25,451 bases of DNA, taken from Octopus sinensis. Taxonomy: Eukaryota. The DNA lies in the NCBI RefSeq assembly GCF_006345805.1, contig NW_021836075.1:1-25451 (forward strand), in the 5' to 3' direction. Shown in pieces: positions 1 through 9,624 of the stretch; position 1 is the first letter of the stretch; each line of letters opens with the position of its first letter. The notes beneath the pieces were generated by a model, which saw nothing but the letters and a program-made list of their open reading frames with translations, did not search any database and was not told the origin of the DNA. A program made the position numbers and the translations under genes.

Positions 1-44
1 CATACATGAACACACATACAAAAACATATATATACATACAAATT

Positions 45-104
<60 letters not shown>

Positions 105-150
105 CACGCAGACACACACACACATATAATATATACATACATAATATAGA
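1..150. repeat. (TA)n/(CA)n microsatellite
   Basis: Direct dinucleotide runs. Confidence 0.95.
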
Positions 151-165
151 TGTAGATGTATAATA

Positions 166-205
166 TATCTACGTATCTATCTATCTATCTATCTATATAT
201 TTCTC

Positions 206-288
<83 letters not shown>

Positions 289-352
289 GTCTATCTATCT
301 ATCTATCTATCTATATACCTATCTATCTATATATCTATCTATCTATCTGTAT
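166..352. repeat. (TATC)n tetranucleotide microsatellite
   Basis: About 185 bp of near-perfect TATC; source of the artefactual 156-389 ORF. Confidence 0.97.
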
Positions 353-792
353 ATCATCCGAAATGTACAATATTATATATTTTATCTGAAATGTGCAGTA
401 TTATATATCCATCACAGTTGAATCGTTTTGAGTTTCGATCGAGTGTTATACGGGTGAGGCTAGTGCTGACGAATGTGTCTCACCTGCGGTACTTCCAGTT
501 CACTGGCGGGGGTGTAAGTTTCCAGATGTATGGTGGAGTGGGTTACTTGTCTAGACCAATATTGATGACATACACCAGACTTTCAACCCTAGCACTACGA
601 CGAGAGTTAACCAAGATAGAAAAATCTGCGCCTCCTATGAAGGTCGAAGTGTAACTGAGGCGACTGTTTCTACTAAGAGCACCACCACTAATACTAATAT
701 TAGTAACTCCAACACGACCATACCACCACTACTACTATTGATAGTGTTATTGGTATTGATAATACCATTACTACTACTAATGATATAAAATA

Positions 793-1013
793 ATAAGTAC
801 CAGTTACGCACTGGGGTCGATAATAGGTATTTCATCTGCCGCTACGTTCTGATTTCAAATTCCGCCGAGGTCGACTTTGCCTTTCATCCTTTCGGGGTCG
901 ATTAAATAAGTACCAGTCACGCACTGGGGTCGATGTAATCGACTTAATCCGTTTGTCTGTCCTTGTTTGTGCTCTCTGTGTTTAGCCCCTTGTGGGCAAT
1001 AAGGAAATAGGTA
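793..1013 (+). mobile_element. SINE family 1: partial unit plus one headless tail-A unit
   Basis: Core ...TTCAAATTCCGCCGAGGTCGACTTTGCCTTTCATCCTTTCGGGGTCG... and tail A ending GAAATA at 1009, followed by GGTA. Same sequence recurs at many loci in the window. Confidence 0.9.
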
Positions 1014-1034
1014 GCTTGAGTATTATTGATGATG

Positions 1035-1545
1035 AGTCAATCAGTTTACACGATGTTCAGAATCCGTATGTAAGTGCAAGGCATGGAGAACCCCGTTTTG
1101 TGAGGAGTAGCTGGTTTTGGCCGCGCTGCCTTAAAGCAGATTCCTAAGGGCGAAAGCTATGTAGGTTGCAAAATTGTTGGGCGCTTTTAGCTTAATGTTC
1201 TACTAGGTTCTTATTGTCAGTTTAGTCAGTGCTGACGTTGCGCTTTCAGTACATCTGTTGATCTGATATTGTTGAGAGAGGCTGTCAGATATGGTGAGAC
1301 CAAGCTATGTGGAATTGTAGACTGCTTACAGGCCGCTATATTTAATGATTCTTTTAAGGGAGATCTTAATACTTTGGCTCAGCCTGTTTCATTTCTTTAA
1401 ACTGATGCTAAAGCCGAAGTCTCAACAGGTTCCATTGATGCTGCGGAAATGCAGTTTCTCCACCGAATACGTTGTCATTGTTGCATCATCTGGAAATAGC
1501 ATGTCTGTGATGATTACTTATTGTAATTTTGTTTTAGAACTTAGC
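1035..1545 (-). mobile_element. Decayed RTE-clade (BovB-like) LINE reverse-transcriptase fragment
   Basis: Manual minus-strand translation: LSSKTKLQ*VIITDMLFPDDATMTTYSVEKLH...C*DFGFSISLKK...YNST*LGLTISDSLS...INRCTESATSALTKL...LL*GS...RILNI. This follows the RTE pattern (IRDMLFADDA, FGLTISLKKT, YLGSTIS, LLYGSE, RRIL) in order, with stops and a frameshift. Confidence 0.8.
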
Positions 1546-1674
1546 CAAGACTGACTGGGAAGTTTTCCGTGTGATTTCGAACACCTGCAACCCATGCCTT
1601 GTCCCAATATTACAGAACGAGTAAAACGCCCCCCGCCGCCCAATGGATGGTACTGAGTTGTCAAACATTTAAAC

Positions 1675-1734
1675 CAAATTTTCTCAAAACAACTTGTCTG
1701 ACCGTCCCACAGGCCTCTCCTTTGAGAAACACTG
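1675..1734. mobile_element. Possible 60-bp hAT-like mini-MITE
   Basis: Left end CAAATTTTCTCAAA vs reverse complement of right end CAGTGTTTCTCAAA (11/14). Flanks ATTTAAAC / GTTTAACC (6/8) resemble an 8-bp TSD. Confidence 0.35.
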
Positions 1735-2096
1735 GTTTAACCTAAATTTGAGGCACCAGCAAAAGAAATAAATATAGACTTTTTTTCTATTCCAAAGAAA
1801 AACGATTTTATTCACAGAAATATGTAGCCGAATTGTTTAAAGTACCAGTAATGATAAGGCTGTTGACTGGGAGAACACAAACATGGTTTAAACAGTAAGC
1901 TTGGCAGGAAAGAAACGTGCCTTTAAGCAGTACAAAAACAACAAAAAAGGGAAGGTGCAGTTATGTACAGGTTGACGGAAGAAAAGCAGGACAAAAACGG
2001 CTTTATCGATCGCATTCTCGCCTGGAATCGATTTTTAAAATTTTTTCAAGACTTATACACGTCCTGATACCGTCGGTATCTACTTATCAAATTTGA

Positions 2097-2292
2097 AAGG
2101 TGGCGAGCTGGCAGAAACGTTAGCACGCCGGGCGAAATGTTTTGCAGTATTACGTCTGTTTTTACGTTCCGTGTTCAAATTCCGCCGAGGTCGACTTTAC
2201 CTTTCATCCTTTCGAGATCGAAAATCGAGCACCAGTTGAATACTGGGGTAGATGTGACTGACTTACCCCTTCCTCGAAATTGATGGCCCATC
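2097..2292 (+). mobile_element. SINE family 1 monomer, tail B
   Basis: tRNA-like head with A-box-like TGGCAGAAACGTTAG and B-box GTTCAAATTCC, shared core, then CCCCTTCCTCGAAATTGATGGCC tail-B type end. Confidence 0.9.
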
Positions 2293-3107
2293 ATTGGCGT
2301 CTCTGTAATCAGGTGTTTTGCCACGAAAGGGGTCACACAAACTGCAACAAATCAATTCATACCGTCTGAAAACAAATTATTTCGAACAGTGATGGTGGGG
2401 TGGAACTGTCATTTCCTTTATATATATTTTGGTCGTTCTAATAATTGGAATAAATTTTGGAATACCTTGAGGGACAAATTCAGATAAAAAGAGGGTCTAT
2501 CTGTGCACCAAGCATCCACATAGACCCTCTCAGTATCTCTGTTTCGCATATAATACATTCGTACGTGTTATGTATCGTCGAAGGTCAAAACCCAGAGTCG
2601 TGAAGAGGGCAGGTAAGTTAGATCTCAGATACTGTTCATTCATTCTGAATCTGTCTTCATCCAATAATTACAAATATAGAATTATAAATAAAATTCTCAA
2701 TTGATATTGAAATCAGATTATATTTTATTTCAGTAAAGGGAATTATAAATTTAAATATTAAATTTCAATTGTTTAAATTTAATTTAATTCCGTTTCTCTC
2801 TTCTCGAATTCTGTTTTTTTTTCTCTCTCGTGTTCTTTTATTGGGGTAGGGTGAGTGATTTTTCAATTTCAACTGTTATTGCCCTTGTTGTTGTTGTTGC
2901 TGTTGTTCTTGTCCTATCTTATTTGATACGACAACAACAACGACAACAACAACAGCTGCAAAAATATAAAATTATTTCATATGTATTGTTTCTGTTATGG
3001 TTTCCTTTGTGAAATTATAAAATACGAACGGGAAGATAAAAATCAAATGACTAAATTATATTAGGAAGAGTAATGGAGAAAAAAAAATCCGGTTTTGTTA
3101 TAAGTAA

Positions 3108-3174
3108 CAACAATAATAATAATAATAATAATAATAATAATTAATAATATAAATAATTATAATAACTATAATGT

Positions 3175-3205
<31 letters not shown>

Positions 3206-3224
3206 AATAATAATGATGATGATA

Positions 3225-3256
<32 letters not shown>

Positions 3257-3366
3257 AATAATAATAATAATAATAATGATGATGATAATGATGATAATGA
3301 TGATGATAATAATAATAATAATAATGATGATGAGGATGAGGAGGAGGAGGAGGATGAAGATGGTGA

Positions 3367-3400
<34 letters not shown>

Positions 3401-3800
3401 GACGATGATGGTGCTGATGATGGTGATGATGGTGATGATGGTGATGGTGATGATGGTGATGGTATGATGATGATGACGATGGTGGTGATGATGGTGGTGG
3501 TGATGATGGTGGTGGTGATGGTGGTGATGATGATGATGATGATGATGATGTGGTGGTGATGATGATGGTGATGGTGATGATGATGATGATGATGATGGTG
3601 ATGATGATAGCGGTGGTGATGACGGTGATGATGGTGACGATGATGGTGATGACGATGTTGGTGGTGATGAATATGATGGTGGTGATGAGGATGATGAAAG
3701 TGATGATGACGATGATGGTGATGATGATGACGATGACGATGATGGTGATGACGACGACGATGATGATGATGATAACAGTGAGCAAAAACAATAATAATGA
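3108..3800. repeat. Compound trinucleotide repeat (AAT/GAT/GAG/GGT/GAC)
   Basis: About 690 bp of trinucleotide runs; source of the poly-His/Ile/Met/Ser ORFs. Confidence 0.97.
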
Positions 3801-4324
3801 TCCCAATAATCATAATCGAATATCTAATTATTCTTCTTTACATCTTGCACGTTCGATAAAATTTCCAATCAACAGTCGTTTTTCATCCAATGAAAAAGCG
3901 CCGAAGTCTCTTATCAGATTTATAGTTTTGCATATGTTCTTCCATATTCTCCCTTGAGTGAAATTATGAAATTAAATTAACTATTATATTAACACAAAGT
4001 GTTGGCTTCAGTCGAGTTTCTGCTAAAATAACTATTGTGTATTCAACTACAATGCTTCTGATATTAATATTTGATTCAGGTGGGTGGGCTTTCGAACAAA
4101 ACACACACAACGTATTCAAATATACCCACATACATACATGCATACATATATGCACACACATACATGTATATATATATATGTAAAGGTAGAGCACAATGCT
4201 ACATGTTTAAATCATTTTAATCAGCTTCGGTGAATGATCTAAGTTTCCATAGAATGTGTTTCTTTTGCATTCCGCCAAATAAAACAAGCAGTTGATGCGT
4301 AGTTATTCTGAACTTATTTAGGAA

Positions 4325-5300
4325 CGTGGGCGAGCTGGCAGGAACGGTACCACGCCGGTCGAAATGCTTAGCGGTACTTCGTCTGCCGTTACGTTCTGAG
4401 TTCAAATTCCGCCGAGGTCGACTTTACCTTTCATCATTTCGTGGCGTCGGCAAATTAAGTAACAGTTACGTACTGGGGTCGATATAATCGACTCAATCCC
4501 TTTATCTGTTCTTCGTTGTCTTCTCTGTGTTTAGCCCCTTGTGGTAGTAAAGAAATAGGTATTTCGTCTGCTGTTGCGTTTTGAGTTCAAATTCCACCGT
4601 GGTAGACTTTGCCTTTCATCCTTTCGGGAGGGTGGGGCCTCGATAAATTAAGTAGCAGTTACGAACTGGTGTTGATATAATCGACTCAATCCCTTTATCT
4701 GTTCTTGGTTGTCCTCTCTGTGTTTAACCCCTTGTAGGTAGTAAAGAAATAGGTATTTCGTCTGCCGTTACGTTCTGTGTTCAAATTCCGCCGAGGTCGG
4801 CTTTGCCTTTCATCCTTTCGGGGTTGAGAAATAAAGTACCAGTTACGCACTGAGGTCGATGTAATCTACTTAATCCGTTTGTCTGTCCTTGTTTGTCCCC
4901 TTTATGTTTAACCCCTTGTGGGTAGTATAGAAATAGGTATTTCGTCTGCCGTTACGTTCTGAGTTCAAATTCCGCCGAGGTCGATTTTGCCTTTCATCCT
5001 TTCGGGGGGGTCGATTAAATAAGTATCAGTTACGCACTGGGGGTCGATGTAATCGACGTAATCCCTTTATCTGTCCTTGTTTGTTCCCTCTATGTTTAGC
5101 CCCTTGTGAGCAATAAAGAAATAAGAAACGGTACCACGCTGGATATCATGTTTAGCGGCATTAATTTCGTAATTTTACTTCCTGAGTTCGAATTCCGCCG
5201 AAATTGACAATATCTTCTACGGGTCAATAAAATAAGGAGAAGTTCATCACTAGGGTCGATGTAATTGGCTAGGCCCATTCCCCAAGTGTTTGGGTCTTGG
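4325..5300 (+). mobile_element. SINE family 1 head-to-tail array: head, 4 tail-A units, decayed terminal tail-B unit
   Basis: Junctions at 4557|4558, 4751|4752, 4935|4936 (GAAATA|GGTATTTCG) and 5123|5124 (GAAATA|AGAAACG). Internal units are 194, 184 and 188 bp. Confidence 0.93.
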
Positions 5301-5395
5301 GTCTAACTTTGAAGGAAATATAAAGACAGTGAACTGGTAAAAATCGTTAGTATATCAGACAAAACTTTTAGCGCCAGTCGATCGCAGCGTTACTC

Positions 5396-5559
5396 AAGAA
5401 ACAGTGAGAGAAAGTTGGGGCGATAGAGTACACCAGGGGTCGCCACCACCCCCTGCCGGTGCCTCGTGGAGCTTTTAGTTGTTTTCGCTCAATAAACACA
5501 CACAACGCCCGGTCCGGTCTGCGACCCCGCTGACCTAACCACTGGGCCATTGCGCCTCC
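5396..5559 (-). mobile_element. SINE family 3 fragment (tRNA-derived head GGAGGCGCAATGGCCCAGTGGTTAG)
   Basis: Clear Pol III A box TGGCCCAGTGGTTAG on the minus strand; no B box visible. Body (GGGCGTTGTG..TTTATTGAGCGAAAAC..AAAAGCTCCACGAGGC) matches an octopus SINE as I recall it. Confidence 0.7.
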
Positions 5560-6094
5560 ACCGAATATCTTAATCAGTAAGCCGTTAATGAGTTGGATTA
5601 AATAACGTTGAAGTACTTAATTATGACAATCCACGGACTAAGCTCAGAAGCATCTGCGGGAAAAACGTGTTTTTCGTCCTTCAGTGGTCGACTGAATAAG
5701 TACGTATCACTTTCCGATTGGTCTTTTAATAGACATTGATATTATTTCCGAAAATCTCTAGATCTGCATTAATGTACCGAATATTAGATAAAATATCTAA
5801 ATATCTGTAGTTGTTAATGAGGTATTAACGAGATTTAATTTTTCAGAATAATTAGATTCATATTAAAAGATGCAAAATGATTTTAATATTTATATCTCAG
5901 ATATATTACATTCAGTCTCACCTCATTACGTTTTTCAGCAAAGGAAGTCACCTGTAAATAATTTGAAGTTCACACGACATTGTTTAATCCCATTTCTGGA
6001 ACAACACACTTCTAAATAAAATTGGTGCAGATAACAAGTGAGAAGCTACTAGATGCTTTATGTCGACCGGAGCTCAGACTGGATCTAGATTTAA

Positions 6095-6296
6095 ATATTT
6101 TTTTCTACTCTAGGCACAAGGTCAGGAATTAGATCGACCCCAGTACGCAACTAGTGCTTGAGTTATCGACCTCGAAATGATGAGAAGCCAAAGTCGACCT
6201 GGGCGGAATTTGAACTCAGAACGTAACGGCAGACGAAATACATATTTCTTTACTACCCACAAGGGGCTAAGCACAGAGGGGACAAACAAGGACAGA
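6095..6296 (-). mobile_element. SINE family 1, inverted copy: tail A, junction, core, tail-B remnant
   Basis: Reverse complement reads ...CCCCTTGTGGGTAGTAAAGAAATA|TGTATTTCGTCTGCCGTTACG...GGGGTCGAT...CCTTGTGCCTAGAGTAGAAAA. Confidence 0.9.
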
Positions 6297-6383
6297 AATC
6301 ACACAAAAAGATAATCACCAGGTACGAGATAGTGGTTTCATTTCTTTGTACTTACAACCAATGTCCAATATTTCCATAATGGT

Positions 6384-6836
6384 AAGGCGGCGAGCTGGCA
6401 GAAAGGTTAGCACGCCGGGCGAAATGTCTAGCGGGATTTCGTCAACCACTACGTTCTGAGTTCAAATTCCGCCGAGGTCGACTTTGTCTTACATCCTTTC
6501 GGGGTCGATTAAATAAGTACCAGTTACGCACTGGGGTCGATGTAATCGACTTAATCCATTTGTCTCTCCTTGTTTGTCCCCTCTGTGTGTAGTCCCTTGT
6601 GGGCAGTAAAGAAATAAGGCGGTGAGCCGGCAGAATCGCTAGCACGCGAGACACAATGATTAGCGACATTTCGTTCGTCTTTACGTCCCGATTTCAAATT
6701 CTGCCGAGGTTGTCTTTGCCTTTCATCATTTCTGGGCCGATAAAATAAGTACCAGTTGAACTCAGGGGTCAATTTGATCGATTTACCTCCCCACTCACAA
6801 ACTTGGTGGCTGTGTTCCAAACATTGGAATCAATAT
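6384..6836 (+). mobile_element. SINE family 1 dimer: full-length tail-A monomer plus full-length older tail-B monomer
   Basis: Two heads (AAGGCGGCGAGCTGGCAG at 6384; AGGCGGTGAGCCGGCAG at 6617) joined at GAAATA|AGGCGG (6616|6617). Confidence 0.92.
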
Positions 6837-7359
6837 TTGCATAATGGTACGATTAACGAGCCAGTAACCACTGAGACACATTAACAAACTCCAAACAACC
6901 GCACATGGCTACGCACAACACACAAACACAGAACACACTGACACCTGTCGGGAAACACAGAAATACACGCAACAAAAAACTCACACCTGAAAGGACACAA
7001 TTCAAAATTTATTAAGAATGACTAACGAAGCAAGCATCGAATTATTAGTTTCTTAGAGTCGCAGAGGTAGCAGTCAAAGGAATCGATAAGGGGACGGCAC
7101 CGATCAATCACGCTCTGGGGGGGGACAGAATTTACCGAAACAAATGAGTGATTGAATAAACGAGTGATAGAGAAAGAACGGTTTATTTATTTAATCATTT
7201 CACCAGTAATAATAAAAAAAGAAGTGAAATATAAACCATGCGTGTATTTTGTTCTCTAAATGTCCGTCCCAACGTTCGATTGCATTTGTTTATACGTTGA
7301 AATACATAAAAGAAATCTCGGAAAAACAAATTTTAAAACTATATTCATATATGCATGTG

Positions 7360-7775
7360 TGTATGTGTGTGTACTACCTGTGTGCGTAAATATATATATG
7401 CATGCACACACACATACACACACACGCGCGCGCACACACACACATACACATATATATGGACGTACACACACAGTGCGAGGAAGTGAATAATGTAGAGAGA
7501 TAATTTGATAGATTGATAAACAGTCACGTAGTGTTATATATATATATATATGTGTGTTAGTGTGTATATATATATGTATATATATGTATATGTATATAAA
7601 TACATATACATATATATACATAATATATATATATATATATATAATATATATATATACATTATTATACATATATACATATATATATATACATACATATATA
7701 TATATAATAACACACACCACACACACATATATATATATATATATAATACAGACATATATATATATATAATAATAC

Positions 7776-7846
<71 letters not shown>

Positions 7847-7900
7847 TAATACATGCATATATATATATATATGTATAATATATATAATATACATGACTGT
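7360..7900. repeat. (TA)n/(CA)n compound microsatellite field
   Basis: Direct; interrupted by a short unique stretch near 7470-7530. Confidence 0.93.
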
Positions 7901-8357
7901 GATACGAACTATCTGTCTATCTACCATAACGGATTTATGCGCTCTTCAATTATCGACGTGGTCTCGGTGACAGAGTGCGAACCGATGCCCCTTTAGCTGA
8001 TAGCGTGATAGATATCTTATCGATTCTTCCATCATCTATAATTCCAAAACTTTTAACGATCCGAACGGAAAACGCCGGGAAGCGACATGTCCCGCGGCCA
8101 TAAATCGCGAGATAATCAATTTACGAACTGTTACAAACTTGAAACATTAAGAATGAACGAATGATATTGAGCAGAACCGAACGGGTCTTATCAAAAATGG
8201 AAATTTTCCGAATCTTCCATTTCTCATGCCACTTCAAGACTCTAGATTAACGCAATGTCATTAGGAGGCGATGATTAAACAAATTAATTATAATTGCCAT
8301 CGCCAAGACAATCCACTGTCGCCGCCACCACGGCATCCGTTGCTGCTTGAGCAGCTG

Positions 8358-8359
<2 letters not shown>

Positions 8360-8393
<34 letters not shown>

Positions 8394-8497
8394 TTACTAT
8401 TAGTCTTACTACTACCGGTCCTGCTTCTACTACTAATACTAGTAGAGTACTACTGCTGATACCGCAGATGTTACTACCCCTACTACTACTACTACTA

Positions 8498-8544
<47 letters not shown>

Positions 8545-8965
8545 GTCTTACTACAAACGGTGCTGCTGCTGCTTCCGCTATTACGTATGCTAATATTATT
8601 GCTACAATTACTAACTCTACCGTTGTGCTTATGCTACTACTGCTACTAATACTACAACTACTACTGGCAATACTAGTATTAGTAGTAGTAGTAGTAGTAG
8701 CCGCAGCAACAGCAGCCATTCAATTATTTGGACCTGGAGATCTCCATTTCCAGCGACTTCGAGGGCCACCTCCCATTGGTGTCGGGTGTCAACGAAGAGC
8801 CCTCGACTACAACAAGACGACCAAAGATTTTTTTTCTTTTTTTTTCAAGGTCTGGGGTCTCCTGCCCCTAAGCTCTAGACCATCACCTAATCACCCTTAC
8901 CCGTCTTGTTGCTTAACAACAACAACAACAACAACAACGACAACAGCAGCAACAGCAGTAGTAGC
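8360..8965. repeat. (CTA)n, (TAG)n and (CAA)n trinucleotide tracts with unique interruptions
   Basis: Direct: CTA-rich 8360-8660, TAG 8678-8700, CAA about 8914-8945. Confidence 0.9.
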
Positions 8966-9574
8966 GGTGTTAGTGGTTTGTCTACATTAGTGTATTACGG
9001 GTAATGTTGCTTTTGGTGGAATAAACCTGTCTCCTGTACAATTCCTGTGAGGATACTGTAGAATCTTTTGATCCTCATCGATTCCTCTTCATTGTCTTCT
9101 ACAGTTACGTCTTCGTTTAATCAAGTTCAGATTTCTTCGTTGATTCATAAAACAAAAGAACACCGCCCATTACGCTCCAATAGCATCCAGCCTAGCACTT
9201 CTCCTTTGAAGAGGAGAACTTAACGTATAAACTTTTTCAAGATGGTGAAGAGAGCGCATCATATCGAAACTGTTACGCTGCACGCTATATAGTTCAGGGT
9301 GACATGTTGGCATGTGATATATGGTCGAAAGTTAAGCTAGGACAATCTGCAACGGAATAATCCCTCCTTCACTCACGATTCTTTTCTTTTTATCCGAAAA
9401 GATGAAAGTCAAAGTTGACATCAGCAGCATTTGAACACAAAACGCAAGAATGAACGAAATGATGCAAAGCATTCCTCCTCGGGATCTAAAAGATTCTACC
9501 AGCCACGCCGCCTTACGAAAGAAAAAAAAAATTCTTTCACTGTCTGTGTGTGTGTTTATATTTAGATATATAAA

Positions 9575-9624
9575 GTGGCCGTGTGGTAAGTAGCTTACTT
9601 ACCAGAGACATGGTTCTGGCTTCA
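9575..9624 (+). mobile_element. SINE family 2 tRNA-derived head fused to a family 1 body
   Basis: GTGGCCGTGTGGTAAG (A-box-like) ... GGTTCTGGCTTCAGT (decayed B-box region). Related head at 14677. Confidence 0.7.

Noticed and set aside
391-654. 87-aa ORF / 96-nt AG...GTAAGT exon (418-513), and a minus-strand WKYRR*DTFV motif resembling Penelope RT
   Set aside because: No recognisable homology, weak acceptor, and the flanking residues do not follow the Penelope RT pattern.
3828-3956. Minus-strand peptide RIWKNICKTINLIRDFGAFSLDEKRLLIGNFIERARCKEE as a terminal exon or endonuclease motif
   Set aside because: Weak AAG acceptor, short, and the LIGNF similarity to APE GDFN is too slight.
3141-3957. 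Long poly-His/Ile/Met/Ser/Pro ORFs (up to 221 aa)
   Set aside because: Translations of trinucleotide repeats, open in several frames on both strands; no evidence of coding.
4558-4935. Hammerhead ribozyme (retrozyme) in the repeat unit
   Set aside because: No CUGANGA...GAAA core found by eye on either strand; other ribozyme classes are not excluded without Infernal.
4325-5300. CRISPR-like or satellite appearance of the tandem arrays
   Set aside because: Units are ~185-bp SINE bodies with no unique spacers and no cas genes, in a eukaryotic context.
6384-6475. tRNA gene
   Set aside because: A and B boxes are present, but there is no clean cloverleaf and the head is fused to a SINE body in many decayed copies.
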